The notes under the pieces were generated by a model. That model ran no database searches. It saw nothing but the letters and a program-made list of their open reading frames with translations, and was not told the origin of the DNA. Below are positions 47,282-57,866 of a stretch of DNA of 64,000 bases, piece by piece. How positions within the stretch are numbered: the first letter of the stretch is position 1; every line of letters begins with the position of its first letter. Location: the NCBI GenBank assembly GCA_949291455.1, contig CASEVQ010000001.1, forward strand, positions 1,703-65,702, in the 5' to 3' direction. The translations under genes were made by a program, and so were the position numbers. Source of the stretch: an uncultured bacterium. Its GTDB lineage: Bacteria; Bacillota_I; Bacilli_A; RF39; UBA660.

Positions 47282-47902
47282 TTAATTTTCACACATTACT
47301 ATAACCGGAATATCACTATTACCACTACATTCATAATCATCAGATGCTTCTTTTTTATACATTCTATAGTCACATGCAGTATACTCTTTTCCATTAAAAT
47401 CGTATATAGTATTATTTAAAGTATATTTATTATCAAAACAACTAATAAAAGAATTAAGTCCCATAATATCATTACTGTTTATACTAGTAATACTACCTTT
47501 AGAAATAGAATCTATATTTAAATTAGAAACGCCATAATTAGCATCATCTAAAAAATTAGCATAATATTGGTTAGTGTAAATGGAAGAAGTAATAACAACA
47601 TAACTTTTATTATAATCGTAATATCCAAATGGAGTAGAATCAGAATCACCACTTTCTAATTTTATAAGACTAATTGGGACTACCATAATTTCAGAATCAT
47701 CTAAATAATCACCAAACTCCATCATATCATATTCACTTTTTATAGTCTCAACATAAGCAGAAATAGTACCATAATAACTCGTTTTTCTAGAATCCAATAT
47801 ATAAGAAGAAACCATTGGAACAGCAATAGTAAAAATTATACCAATAATAATTACTACAGCAATTATCTCTATTAATGTAAAACCTTTTCTATTATATATC
47901 AT
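47282..47902 (-). CDS. prepilin-type N-terminal cleavage/methylation domain protein (type IV pilin/pseudopilin-like)
   Basis: N-terminus MIYNRKGFTLIEIIAVVIIIGI (G|FTLIE class III signal). Confidence 0.8.
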   Translation of the reverse strand: MIYNRKGFTLIEIIAVVIIIGIIFTIAVPMVSSYILDSRKTSYYGTISAYVETIKSEYDMMEFGDYLDDSEIMVVPISLIKLESGDSDSTPFGYYDYNKSYVVITSSIYTNQYYANFLDDANYGVSNLNIDSISKGSITSINSNDIMGLNSFISCFDNKYTLNNTIYDFNGKEYTACDYRMYKKEASDDYECSGNSDIPVIVMCEN

Positions 47903-47906
47903 ATTT

Positions 47907-49184
47907 TTATTCTCCTTTACTTAATAACTCAAGTGCAAAACTAAGCTGAGTATCATTTTCATCGTCTATATCTATAACATAATCTGGTAAAATACCAACA
48001 CCATTTATTTCATTACCTTTTGGAGTAAGCAATTTTTGAACTGTATATTTTATATATGAATCATCAAAAAGTTCAACCAATTTTTGGATAGTTCCCTTTC
48101 CATAAGTCTTAGCGCCTACAACATAAACATCTAAATTATCTTTTAAAGCAGAGACAAAAACTTCAGCAGCAGAAGCCGTATTTTCATTAACTAAAAGTAC
48201 TACATCTTTATCAATTTTTTTATCTACTTCTGATTTGACAACTTCAATATTTTCATTATCAATCGTTTGATAAACAATACTACCTTTATCCAAAAACAAA
48301 GAAGAAATATTTTTTGCAACCGACAAATAACCACCGTTATTGTTTCTAACATCAATAATTAATGAATCGACATTATTATCTAAAGCTTCATTATATATTT
48401 TTTCAAATTGTGACAAACTATTCTTAGCAAATTTTGAAATAGTAATAATTCCTATCATATTATCACCAGTATTATAATAATTAACAAAAACAGATTCAAT
48501 TTCAATCTTTTTTCTTTTTAAAACGAATTCTTTCTCAATATTATCTCGCAATACAGTTATTTTAACTTCTTCATTAATATTTCCCTCTTTTATCATTGAA
48601 GTAATATCATCAATCGAAAAATTACTTATATCTTTATCATTAATTTTATACAATAAATCATTTACCATTATACCAGCACTACTAGCTGGAGTATCATTTA
48701 AAACATTAACAACAATTGGAAGAGAATTTTCATATAAAACTATTTCAACACCAATTCCAATAAAACTACCAGTAAGCTCATCATTAAAAGTATCTGCATA
48801 ATCAGGATCAATATATACAGAATATGGATCATTCAAACTATTCATCATTCCAGAAATAGCCCCAATAATCAATTCATTTTTATCAACATCATCATAATAT
48901 TCATTAACTAAATTATCATAAACTTTAATTATCTCATTAACATCTTCTTGATTATAAAAAGTTTCACTTTTGTCATTATTATTAATATAACAAATAAACC
49001 AACCAATTAATATACCAAATAAAGAAGTCATAATCATTATAATAACAACTTCAAGTAAATTAAAATTAGAATTACTTTTTTTAAAATTTTCTTCACTTCT
49101 TTCAGCAGATTCTACAATATTAATTGAACGTTTATTTTTTTGATACTTATTTTTTTTCTCTTTAGCATTAGAATTATTAACCAT
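47907..49184 (-). CDS. S41-family C-terminal processing peptidase with PDZ domain
   Basis: Start placed at MVNNSNAKEKK (RBS AAGAGGTGG). Blocks TASAAEVFVSALKDN and YGKGTIQ. Confidence 0.85.
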   Translation of the reverse strand: MVNNSNAKEKKNKYQKNKRSINIVESAERSEENFKKSNSNFNLLEVVIIMIMTSLFGILIGWFICYINNNDKSETFYNQEDVNEIIKVYDNLVNEYYDDVDKNELIIGAISGMMNSLNDPYSVYIDPDYADTFNDELTGSFIGIGVEIVLYENSLPIVVNVLNDTPASSAGIMVNDLLYKINDKDISNFSIDDITSMIKEGNINEEVKITVLRDNIEKEFVLKRKKIEIESVFVNYYNTGDNMIGIITISKFAKNSLSQFEKIYNEALDNNVDSLIIDVRNNNGGYLSVAKNISSLFLDKGSIVYQTIDNENIEVVKSEVDKKIDKDVVLLVNENTASAAEVFVSALKDNLDVYVVGAKTYGKGTIQKLVELFDDSYIKYTVQKLLTPKGNEINGVGILPDYVIDIDDENDTQLSFALELLSKGE

Positions 49185-49247
49185 AAGCCACCTCTTATTA
49201 TACATAAATAATATTATCATAAAAATAAACAAAAAAAAAGAATTATC

Positions 49248-49784
49248 TTATTTTAATAATGTATCTTGATAATTAGATAATTCTTCATTTCCAGATATTA
49301 CAAACTCTGCTTTTCCATCTTTTACTTTGATTAAAGAAGCATCCATAACTTTTAATTCACTAGCACTATTAACATTAACTAAATCGATAGAATCAACAAC
49401 ATATGTCTTATTAAATGCATTGTTTAAATCAACAACATACATTTTTAAATGTTCTTCTTTTTGATTATACAAATTATAAATTGCTAAACAATTTAAAGCA
49501 TTATTACCTTCAAAATCATAAAACAAAACATAATACTCACTATCAATTCTGTTGAAGGTTGAACCTGCCAATATTTTTATATTTTGAATTGTTACTTCCT
49601 CTTCTTCGTCATCTTTTTTACCAAAAGAAATTTCACCATTATATATTGCAAAGATAAAATAGAACGAAACAAGAGCTAGCACAACAATTGCAAAAACTTT
49701 TATCATTCTTATAATTTCATCATTTTCACCACTAGTTTGATTTTCAAAAGTTTTTAATTTTCTTCTTCTTTCTCTATTACTCAT
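49248..49784 (-). CDS. hypothetical membrane-anchored protein
   Basis: Start placed at MSNRERRRK (RBS GGTGAT). One TM helix. Confidence 0.55.
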   Translation of the reverse strand: MSNRERRRKLKTFENQTSGENDEIIRMIKVFAIVVLALVSFYFIFAIYNGEISFGKKDDEEEEVTIQNIKILAGSTFNRIDSEYYVLFYDFEGNNALNCLAIYNLYNQKEEHLKMYVVDLNNAFNKTYVVDSIDLVNVNSASELKVMDASLIKVKDGKAEFVISGNEELSNYQDTLLK

Positions 49785-49844
49785 AAACATCACCAATAAA
49801 ATTATAACACGAAGAAAAAAAAAAATAAACACTTAATAAAGTGT

Positions 49845-50846
49845 TTATTTCATTATAGGAATTGCACTTATCGAATTGGCAATCTCAATAAGTTCTGTTT
49901 TTCCCATTACATCAGAAACTAAATAATAATCAATCCCATTACTAGACCAACTAACAGAATTATCAGTGATAGCACCTAAAGTATCATTAAGGAATTGTGG
50001 TTCTCCAAATATTGGTACAATTGAAAATTCATCTTCGATACTAGAAGTTTCTTCCACTAGTAAGAATGGTTTTTCTCCATCAAATGTCAAAATAATTCGT
50101 TCACCATCTTCTTTAGCAATTGTCTCCTGATCAACTAGTACAGTACCAGTTGGAATATATAATGGATATATAATATCATCAATAGTACTAGTTTCTTCTT
50201 CAGTAACATCTGGTGTTTCAATATCGGATATTATACTATTAAGTTCAAAATAATTATCATCAAATGTTGGATTATCATCTATTTTATCAAATTTCATAAT
50301 CATTTCCACAATACTAGAATCATTTAATACTTCTATTTTTGAAATATTACCTTCTTTATCTACATATATTTTTTGTTTTATCAAACCAATATTATTAGGA
50401 TAATTTACTTTCGTTGTTACAATATATCCTGAATCAAATTCATCAATAGTTTTCTCATCATCTGTGTTAATATCATTTAAAATAGAGCTTAAAATATAGA
50501 TTTGTGAATTGTTATCAGGCCAACTACTTTGAAACTTAAAGCTTTTATTAAGAGCTGGTGTTATAACATAAACCTCGTTGTTACTTTTTAAAATAATTTG
50601 CTCATGTCCATTAGACTTATTAATTAAACTAACTTTGTAATTATCATTCTTTTTATAAGATACCACAACATCATAATTATATGTATCCTCATTATTAGAA
50701 ATAGAAAGTACACCATTTATTTGATAAGCATCTAAAGATTCTATCTTTTTATTTACCTTATCAATAATATTCGATTTACTATCTTTTGTACATCCTGAAA
50801 AAAGAAAGATAGTTATAAAGAAAATAATTAAAAAATTTTTTTTCAT
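49845..50846 (-). CDS. lipoprotein (LolA-fold/YdcC-like?)
   Basis: Lipobox LFSGC after an N-terminal signal. The fold assignment is tentative. Confidence 0.6.
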   Translation of the reverse strand: MKKNFLIIFFITIFLFSGCTKDSKSNIIDKVNKKIESLDAYQINGVLSISNNEDTYNYDVVVSYKKNDNYKVSLINKSNGHEQIILKSNNEVYVITPALNKSFKFQSSWPDNNSQIYILSSILNDINTDDEKTIDEFDSGYIVTTKVNYPNNIGLIKQKIYVDKEGNISKIEVLNDSSIVEMIMKFDKIDDNPTFDDNYFELNSIISDIETPDVTEEETSTIDDIIYPLYIPTGTVLVDQETIAKEDGERIILTFDGEKPFLLVEETSSIEDEFSIVPIFGEPQFLNDTLGAITDNSVSWSSNGIDYYLVSDVMGKTELIEIANSISAIPIMK

Positions 50847-50954
50847 TTTTCACCCCATATTTTTATTTTCATTTAATTATATTGAATTAAATAAAGATTA
50901 TTCATGAATAAATAATAAAAATTAGGATAGTATATTAATAAAAGGAGGGCAAAA

Positions 50955-51158
50955 ATGAGAATACTTCAAAAAGTTGCACTAGTATTAACAATTATAGGTG
51001 CTCTTAACTGGGGAATGGTAGGATTATTTGAAATTGATATAATTGCAACATTATTTGATGGTAGCGATAGTATTATTTCAAAAATAATCTATATAATTGT
51101 AGCTATTGCAGGTATTATAAATATCGGGTTATTATTTGAACATGAAATTAAAAAATAA
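50955..51158 (+). CDS. DUF378-family small membrane protein
   Basis: VALVLTIIGALNWGMVGLF, characteristic of DUF378. RBS is AAAGGAGGG. Confidence 0.8.
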   Translation: MRILQKVALVLTIIGALNWGMVGLFEIDIIATLFDGSDSIISKIIYIIVAIAGIINIGLLFEHEIKK

Positions 51159-51339
51159 AGTTTAAACATAAAATAAATTTTATTAATATAAACAAAACAG
51201 TATATTTGATTATATTGTTTTTTTGATTTTAAATATCAAATATAAATTAATAACAAATATTTACAATTAAAACACATATTTTATATAAAAAAACTATTAA
51301 TAAAATAATTCTATTAATAGTTTTTCTAATAAACAATAT

Positions 51340-52692
51340 TTATTTTTGAGAAATTCTAACTTTAATCTCTTTTGTTCTTGGAGTATAAGTTAATCTAGAA
51401 TCCTCTCCTTTTACTTTAACTTCAACAGAATGTTCACCAACAGAAAGACCTGATAAGTCAATATAAGCTTCAATCATTGATGGATCAAAAGAATCAATTA
51501 CGTCCTTACTTCCCTTTATTATAACAGTAACAGTTCTATTTTCTTCTCCAATAGCTTGAACTTTATAACCTTCACCAACATTAATTGGATCAATTGGTAT
51601 ACCTTCAATATCTTTAGAAACTATATTGTCAACTTTTAGATCAACACTTATTGTTTTAACACTAATTTCTCTTATGCCATTTGGTTTAGTTAAGTTAATA
51701 CTATAAGTTTTATCTTCCTTTACCCCACTAACATCTACTGTAACAGGTAAATATTCTAAATTGTTAACCGCATCTTCAGTACCATAAACAGTAACCATTG
51801 TCGTACTAGAAGTAAGACTTTTAATTGCTACATCATCAAGTTCTCCAGAAGCAATTAACTTAATTGGAACTTCTTTACTTGGCGAAGTTATTTTTAATGT
51901 AACATCCACTTTCGATGGAACAATTTCAACATTTAGCTTATTTCCTTCACTATCATATGGTATAAGTGGAACATCACTAAGAGTTGTACTACCAACTTTA
52001 ACATTACTAATATTATCAACATCAATTATAGCTTTAACCATAGCAACTTCTTCCAATTGATGAGTTGCACCCTTTACAATAACACTATCACGATCTAAGA
52101 TAACACTATCTATATCCAATTTAGTATCTAGATTATCTCTATGAATAATATCATAAGAAAGCTCATTAGTAACAGAAATTTTATCATAAATTCTTATATT
52201 AACAGTAGAAGGATCTATTTTATATTCAACAGAAGATACCGCTTGCTCATATTTAAAATTAACTGAATAAGAACCAGGAGTATAACCAGTAAGATCAAGA
52301 GTAACACCATCAATTGGGTATTGCTTTGCTAAATAAACATCCCATCTACGACCAACCAAAGTAACATCTACTGTTTCAGGAATTCCCTCAACAACATATA
52401 AAGCTTCGTTATAATTGGCAGTAACTTTTTGATTATATAAAACCTCAGCAGAATTATCAATCAATGTCACATGTTTTTGATCAATCACATAAAAAGTAAT
52501 TAATGCAAATATCAATGAAATAACAACTAAAGACTGTCTATTAACCAAAATCTTTTCTAACCCATTTCCACTACTACAAAAGAACTCATATATACTAACA
52601 AAAAATTTAGTTATTGGCATAATTACCCATTTATCAAAAAAAAGCCAAATTGATTTAAAAAAGTTGCATATTATTCTACTTATTTTCTTCAT
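51340..52692 (-). CDS. cdaR: CdaR (YbbR-domain) regulator of diadenylate cyclase
   Basis: Immediately downstream of and overlapping cdaA. N-terminal TM helix plus repeated beta-rich YbbR-like modules. Start placed at MKKISR (RBS AGGAAG). Confidence 0.75.
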   Translation of the reverse strand: MKKISRIICNFFKSIWLFFDKWVIMPITKFFVSIYEFFCSSGNGLEKILVNRQSLVVISLIFALITFYVIDQKHVTLIDNSAEVLYNQKVTANYNEALYVVEGIPETVDVTLVGRRWDVYLAKQYPIDGVTLDLTGYTPGSYSVNFKYEQAVSSVEYKIDPSTVNIRIYDKISVTNELSYDIIHRDNLDTKLDIDSVILDRDSVIVKGATHQLEEVAMVKAIIDVDNISNVKVGSTTLSDVPLIPYDSEGNKLNVEIVPSKVDVTLKITSPSKEVPIKLIASGELDDVAIKSLTSSTTMVTVYGTEDAVNNLEYLPVTVDVSGVKEDKTYSINLTKPNGIREISVKTISVDLKVDNIVSKDIEGIPIDPINVGEGYKVQAIGEENRTVTVIIKGSKDVIDSFDPSMIEAYIDLSGLSVGEHSVEVKVKGEDSRLTYTPRTKEIKVRISQK

Positions 52693-53506
52693 ATATTTCT
52701 TCCTCATCTATCTCATCTTCAAAATCTGATTCTTGTTTTGGCCTTAATTCATCAACAAGCATCATTCTAACATCATCCAAGGATAAATTATAGAAAAGCT
52801 CTCCTTTAACGGCAACAGAAAGTCTTCCCGTTTCTTCAGAAACAACTAAAGCAATACAATCTGTTTCTTCAGCTATCCCAAGTGCTGCTCTATGCCTAGT
52901 TCCTAAACGTTTATTTAATTTACCATTATCACTTGTTGGAAATACAGCACCAGCGCAACTAATTCTATTTCCTTGAATTATAACACCACCATCATGCATA
53001 GGATTATTAGGGAAAAACAAAGCAATCAAAAGTTCACTAGTTAAATCTCCATATATTTTTTTTGCTTTATCAATATAATCACTTAAGCTTACATCTCTCT
53101 CGATAACAATTAAAGCACCAATTCTAGATTTACGCAAATAATCCATAGATTGAATTATTTCATAAATCAATCTTTCTCTTTCATCTACAGTTAAAATTTT
53201 ATGTCTTCCTAACAATTGGCTTCTTCCAAGCTGTTCTAAAACTGCCCTTATTTCTGGTTGAAATACAATAATTAATGCCAATGGTCCCCACATAATTATG
53301 TATTCTAATAATAATCCAATCGTTACAAAACCAAAAACATCACTTACTAATTTCATAATAGCGATTACCAAAACACCTTTAAAAATAAGCGTAAGTTTAA
53401 CATTATTCTTCATACTTTTTAATATATAATAAAAAATTAACCATACTAAAAGTATATCTATTGTTTTATTTAATATTGTCAATATAGAACTCAAAGTTAT
53501 TGTCAT
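52676..53506 (-). CDS. cdaA: diadenylate cyclase CdaA
   Basis: Three N-terminal TM helices followed by DisA_N blocks MHDGGVII, GTRHRAALGIAEETD and VVSEETG. Confidence 0.92.
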   Translation of the reverse strand: MTITLSSILTILNKTIDILLVWLIFYYILKSMKNNVKLTLIFKGVLVIAIMKLVSDVFGFVTIGLLLEYIIMWGPLALIIVFQPEIRAVLEQLGRSQLLGRHKILTVDERERLIYEIIQSMDYLRKSRIGALIVIERDVSLSDYIDKAKKIYGDLTSELLIALFFPNNPMHDGGVIIQGNRISCAGAVFPTSDNGKLNKRLGTRHRAALGIAEETDCIALVVSEETGRLSVAVKGELFYNLSLDDVRMMLVDELRPKQESDFEDEIDEEEIYEENK

Positions 53507-53526
53507 TATATCCTCCTAAACAAAAA

Positions 53527-53997
53527 TTAAACTTTTTTTTCATTGCTATCACTCTTATTATCTATATCATTAACAGTAGCAATATTATCATTTGATTTAT
53601 TCAAATCATTATTTTGAATATTTTCTAAATTATTAGATGTATTATTTTCAGAAGATGTGTTTTTACCAGTTTCATCAATAACCAAAACAGCAGGAGCTTT
53701 ATCTTCTTTAGAACTTTCAACGTTAGAATTATTCAAATTAGAAGTACCATTAACACTAGCTGAATCATCACTCATAACATCTAAAATTTGCTTAGATTCC
53801 ATTGCTGCAATACGTGCTTCTTTTCCTGATGCAATATCTTGAGCTTTTTTCTCTTTTAATTTTTTAGCTATTACTGCCCTTTTTCTATCGCCAACAATTC
53901 CAAGCAACACAAATATAAAAAATATACATAATATTATATATATAAAATACCAAAATCCAGAAATCGTATCTCTAAAAAATGAAATAACAAAATTCAT
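53527..53997 (-). CDS. hypothetical membrane-anchored low-complexity (Asn/Ser-rich) protein
   Basis: 156-codon ORF with an N-terminal TM helix. Confidence 0.5.
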   Translation of the reverse strand: MNFVISFFRDTISGFWYFIYIILCIFFIFVLLGIVGDRKRAVIAKKLKEKKAQDIASGKEARIAAMESKQILDVMSDDSASVNGTSNLNNSNVESSKEDKAPAVLVIDETGKNTSSENNTSNNLENIQNNDLNKSNDNIATVNDIDNKSDSNEKKV

Positions 53998-54076
53998 ATA
54001 TTTATCACCTACTATTATATTTATAATAATAACATCAAAATAAAAATTTTACAAGCAACTAAAAATTTTAAATAAA

Positions 54077-55135
54077 CTATTTTAACTTTTTACGTAGTCT
54101 TACTTTTAAATCATTTTCAGAAGAATATGATTGAAATCTAGAATCATAAATTAAATTTTCTACTATATCCATTCTGAATCGATAAAACAATTTTTCCTTC
54201 TTTAATATTTGGTAAAATGGATCTGAAAAAACATCTCCATACTTAACCTCTGTAAGTCTCAAAATTAAATTAATTATTTCTTGTTTTTCTTCTATCGAGT
54301 ATTTACTTGAAAACATAATATCCCTAACTCTTTGCAAAGAATGAATTTTTTGGTTACCTCTTATAGCAGTCTCATAATTTTCAAATATATTAGCAATTTT
54401 ATATTGTTCTTCAACCAAATCACAGCAGTCATAGATATCTAATAAACTAGTCGAAGCATTCTTTGTATCTTTTAGAGTAGTATTATCAAACTTAGAAGAA
54501 TGACAATAAAAATATTTTCCTGAATTAGCAAAAGCAACAGAATCTGCTTTTCCTAATAAAAAAGTACAAAAAGGATAATCTTCCCATTTAATATTTGGAA
54601 ATCTTGTATCAGCAATTAGATCACGTCTAAAAACTTTATTACAAACTCCTGGAGTTTCTAAAGCAACATATTTTTGACTATTTTTAGGATTTAAAACCCC
54701 TCTTCTATCATTAAATAAATTATTCGAAAAAAAAGAAATATTAATACGATATTTATCAAAATCCAAATAAGAATCCTGACAATATCTAACAATATTTGGA
54801 CTATTAAATTCATTAATAGCACAATTAACGCTATCATAAGTATCCAACTTTAAAAAATCATCGCTATCAACAAATGTAACATACTCACCAGTTGCTACAT
54901 CAATACCTTTATTTCTTGAATACCAAGCCCCCACATTTGTATCATTTTCTAAAACTACAATTCTAGAATCTTTATCTAAACAACTATACATTTTATCCAA
55001 AGTATCATCTGTTGAACAATCATCAATCAAAATTATTTCCAAATCTTTAAAAGTTTGTCCAACTATACTATTTACACAACGCAATATTTTTTTACCACTA
55101 TTATATGCAGGCACAATTACTGAAATTTTACTCAT
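54077..55135 (-). CDS. family 2 glycosyltransferase
   Basis: Start placed at MSKISVIVPAYNSG (RBS GGGGGA). DDCSTD and DSDD motifs. Confidence 0.85.
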   Translation of the reverse strand: MSKISVIVPAYNSGKKILRCVNSIVGQTFKDLEIILIDDCSTDDTLDKMYSCLDKDSRIVVLENDTNVGAWYSRNKGIDVATGEYVTFVDSDDFLKLDTYDSVNCAINEFNSPNIVRYCQDSYLDFDKYRINISFFSNNLFNDRRGVLNPKNSQKYVALETPGVCNKVFRRDLIADTRFPNIKWEDYPFCTFLLGKADSVAFANSGKYFYCHSSKFDNTTLKDTKNASTSLLDIYDCCDLVEEQYKIANIFENYETAIRGNQKIHSLQRVRDIMFSSKYSIEEKQEIINLILRLTEVKYGDVFSDPFYQILKKEKLFYRFRMDIVENLIYDSRFQSYSSENDLKVRLRKKLK

Positions 55136-55305
55136 TATTTCCCCCATAATATAAAAATAATTAAATAATAATATTAAAAAAATTAAATTTATCATAATTA
55201 AATTAACATATAATAATTTAATTATAACAAATTAATCCATCTTAATAAATACATAAGTTTAATTCCAATAACATCTCACGTTTAATTAAAAACTTATTAT
55301 TAATA

Positions 55306-55554
55306 TCATTTTCTTTTTTTTATTGCTCTTGAGAAATCATAAATACCACCTGCTGAAAACGAAGAAATAACGCACAAAATAATAGCTTCAAAAATATTAG
55401 GGACAACACCAATAAAATAACATAATATTCCAGATAAAATACCAATTATTAAATTTTGTAATGGAATGTTATTCTTAGTACAAATATTTAACCCCTTACA
55501 TATAGTACCAAAAACTAACGTTGTAAAAAATACAACACTAGCAACAGTTAGCAT
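55306..55554 (-). CDS. small three-helix membrane protein (holin-like?)
   Basis: 82-codon hydrophobic ORF with a basic C-terminus KKRK. Confidence 0.4.
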   Translation of the reverse strand: MLTVASVVFFTTLVFGTICKGLNICTKNNIPLQNLIIGILSGILCYFIGVVPNIFEAIILCVISSFSAGGIYDFSRAIKKRK

Positions 55555-55718
55555 ATATAAACATCATCTCATATATTATTAACATATGAAATAACTAACA
55601 ACACTAATACAAAAAATTAAATATGTTATATTCTTATAAAATCACTAACTATCATTAAAATAAAAAAACTAGAAAGTACTTCTAGTTAATATATAAAAAG
55701 TTTCAATAATTATCAATC

Positions 55719-55794
55719 TGGTGCTGAAAACAGGATTTGAACCTGCGACCTATCGCTTACGAGACGATTGCTCTACCAACTGAGCTATTTCAGC
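55719..55794 (-). tRNA. tRNA-Thr (anticodon CGU), CCA encoded
   Basis: The minus-strand 76-nt sequence GCTGAAATAGCTCAGTTGGTAGAGCAATCGTCTCGTAAGCGATAGGTCGCAGGTTCAAATCCTGTTTTCAGCACCA folds as a cloverleaf. It has a 7-bp acceptor stem, a GCTC/GAGC D stem, an ATCGT/GCGAT anticodon stem with loop CTCGTAA, and a T loop TTCAAAT. Confidence 0.88.
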
Positions 55795-55808
55795 ATAAGA
55801 ATTATTAA

Positions 55809-56453
55809 CTATAAAGTTAATAATTCATGCAATAATTCTTCTTCATTATTAAGTTCAAAATCTTCTATTCTATCGACTCTACATTTTTCTGCCAATATAA
55901 TAGCTTTAACTTTATCAACAGCATTTTGAACTTCATCATTAATAACTATATAATTATATTTTGTAACTTCGTTTATTTCTTTATAAGCATTTTTAAAACG
56001 CTCTATAATTTTATCTTTTGACTCTGTATTTCTTTTCACTAACCTATCTTTCAATTCTCGCATACTAGGAGGCATTATAAAAATAAAAATACCTTCTTCC
56101 ATCTTTTCTTTAACTTCAAGTGCACCTTGAATATCTATTTCCAAAATTATATCTTTACCACTAGCAAGACTTTCTTCAACTTTCTTTTTTGGAGTTCCAT
56201 AATAATTATCACCATGAACCTTAGCATATTCCAAAAAATTACCTTTTTTTATATCTTCTTCAAATTGTTCTTTAGTAACAAAATAGTAATCTTTTCCATC
56301 TGCTTCATTACCACGTGGACTTCTAGTTGTCATAGAAATAGACAAACTTAAAGTATCAACTTGTTTTAATAACTCATTACATATTGTTCCTTTACCGGCA
56401 CCAGAAGGACCAGATAATACAATCAAAGTACCAGTTTTTTTTCTCTTAACCAT
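55809..56453 (-). CDS. gmk: guanylate kinase
   Basis: P-loop GPSGAGKGT, TTRSPRGNE and YYGT. Confidence 0.92.
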   Translation of the reverse strand: MVKRKKTGTLIVLSGPSGAGKGTICNELLKQVDTLSLSISMTTRSPRGNEADGKDYYFVTKEQFEEDIKKGNFLEYAKVHGDNYYGTPKKKVEESLASGKDIILEIDIQGALEVKEKMEEGIFIFIMPPSMRELKDRLVKRNTESKDKIIERFKNAYKEINEVTKYNYIVINDEVQNAVDKVKAIILAEKCRVDRIEDFELNNEEELLHELLTL

Positions 56454-56535
56454 AATAACCTCACATAATTTACATTATTATATAACATAAGTTATTATTT
56501 TTTAAAGACTTTTTCCACAATATTGTGAAAAATTA

Positions 56536-57072
56536 TTAAAAAAATAAATTATCTATAATATTACCTTCAATATCTTTTAATTCTATACCGTTTTCATCCA
56601 TAAGAATATAACTATTAACAGAACCATTTTTTGGTAATGATAACGATCCCGGATTAATAAAAATATGATTATTTATTTTTTTTATAAAGCCTGTATGAAA
56701 ATGTCCATATGCCATAATATCAAACTTACAATTAGGAATATTATAAATATTATATTTATGACCATGTGTACAATATATTTTTTTATTACAAAGTTCTAAT
56801 AGTAAACTTTCATTAAATATAAATTCTGATATTTGTTCATCAACTTCAGAATCACAATTACCACGAACAACAAAAAGATATTGTTTTAGAGAATTTAAAA
56901 CTTCAGATACTTTCATTGGATTATATTCAAGAGATAAATCATTACGTGGTCCATGATAATATAAATCACCTAATACAACTATTTTATCGGCTTCTTCTCG
57001 TCTAAAAATATCCTTTAAAATTTTTGCATAATAGAAAGATCCATGGATATCAGAAACAAATAAAACCTTCAT
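56536..57072 (-). CDS. YfcE-family metallophosphoesterase
   Basis: DIHGS, GDLYYHGPRN, RGNCD, THGH and GHFH motifs. Confidence 0.85.
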   Translation of the reverse strand: MKVLFVSDIHGSFYYAKILKDIFRREEADKIVVLGDLYYHGPRNDLSLEYNPMKVSEVLNSLKQYLFVVRGNCDSEVDEQISEFIFNESLLLELCNKKIYCTHGHKYNIYNIPNCKFDIMAYGHFHTGFIKKINNHIFINPGSLSLPKNGSVNSYILMDENGIELKDIEGNIIDNLFF

Positions 57073-57089
57073 AGTACCTCCATTATTAA

Positions 57090-57866
57090 TTATTTTTTCT
57101 TATTTTCTTTTTGAACATTATCCGAAAATCCATCAACTGCCCTTAAAACTTCAATAGGAAGGGTAAATACTATTGTATTAGAAGCATCTCCAGAAATATC
57201 ATTAATAGTAGACAAAGTTCTTAAATGAATTGCTCCAGGAACTTTACTCATATTGCTTGCAGCTTCTGCTAAATTTCGTGATGCTTCAACTTCTCCCTGT
57301 GCCTTTGTAATAACTGCTTGTTTTTCTCTTTCAGCCTCAGCAATTCTAGCAATAACACGTTGCATTTCCTCAGGAAGTGAAATATCTTTTAATTCAACAT
57401 TTTCTACCTTTATTCCCCAAGGATCAGTAAGCTCATCGATAATCTTACAAATTTTCTCAGATATTTTTTCTCTTTCACCTAGAAGCTCATCTAAAGTAAC
57501 AGCACCAACAGCATTACGCATTGTAGTTTGTGATAATTGCTCTATTGCATAAGAATAATTTTCAACAGCTAAAATTGCTTTCGAAGCATCAAAAATCTTA
57601 TAATATAAAACAGCATTTATTTTAACAGAAACATTATCCTTTGTAATAGCATCTTGCGATGGAACATCTACAGCCTTAGTACGAATATCTACTTTTTTAT
57701 AAGATTGAAATATTGGAATTACAAAATTCCACCCAGGATTCATTATTTTATGAAACTTTCCACGATGAAATTTAACTCCTCTTTCATATTCATTGACTTG
57801 AACAATAGTAATTGACAAAAGAAAGATAACAACAATAATAACAACAATCAACATATAAACCTCCAC
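57090..57866 (-). CDS. SPFH/band-7 (stomatin-like) protein
   Basis: N-terminal TM helix followed by an SPFH core and the EAEREKQA helix. Confidence 0.85.
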   Translation of the reverse strand: MEVYMLIVVIIVVIFLLSITIVQVNEYERGVKFHRGKFHKIMNPGWNFVIPIFQSYKKVDIRTKAVDVPSQDAITKDNVSVKINAVLYYKIFDASKAILAVENYSYAIEQLSQTTMRNAVGAVTLDELLGEREKISEKICKIIDELTDPWGIKVENVELKDISLPEEMQRVIARIAEAEREKQAVITKAQGEVEASRNLAEAASNMSKVPGAIHLRTLSTINDISGDASNTIVFTLPIEVLRAVDGFSDNVQKENKKK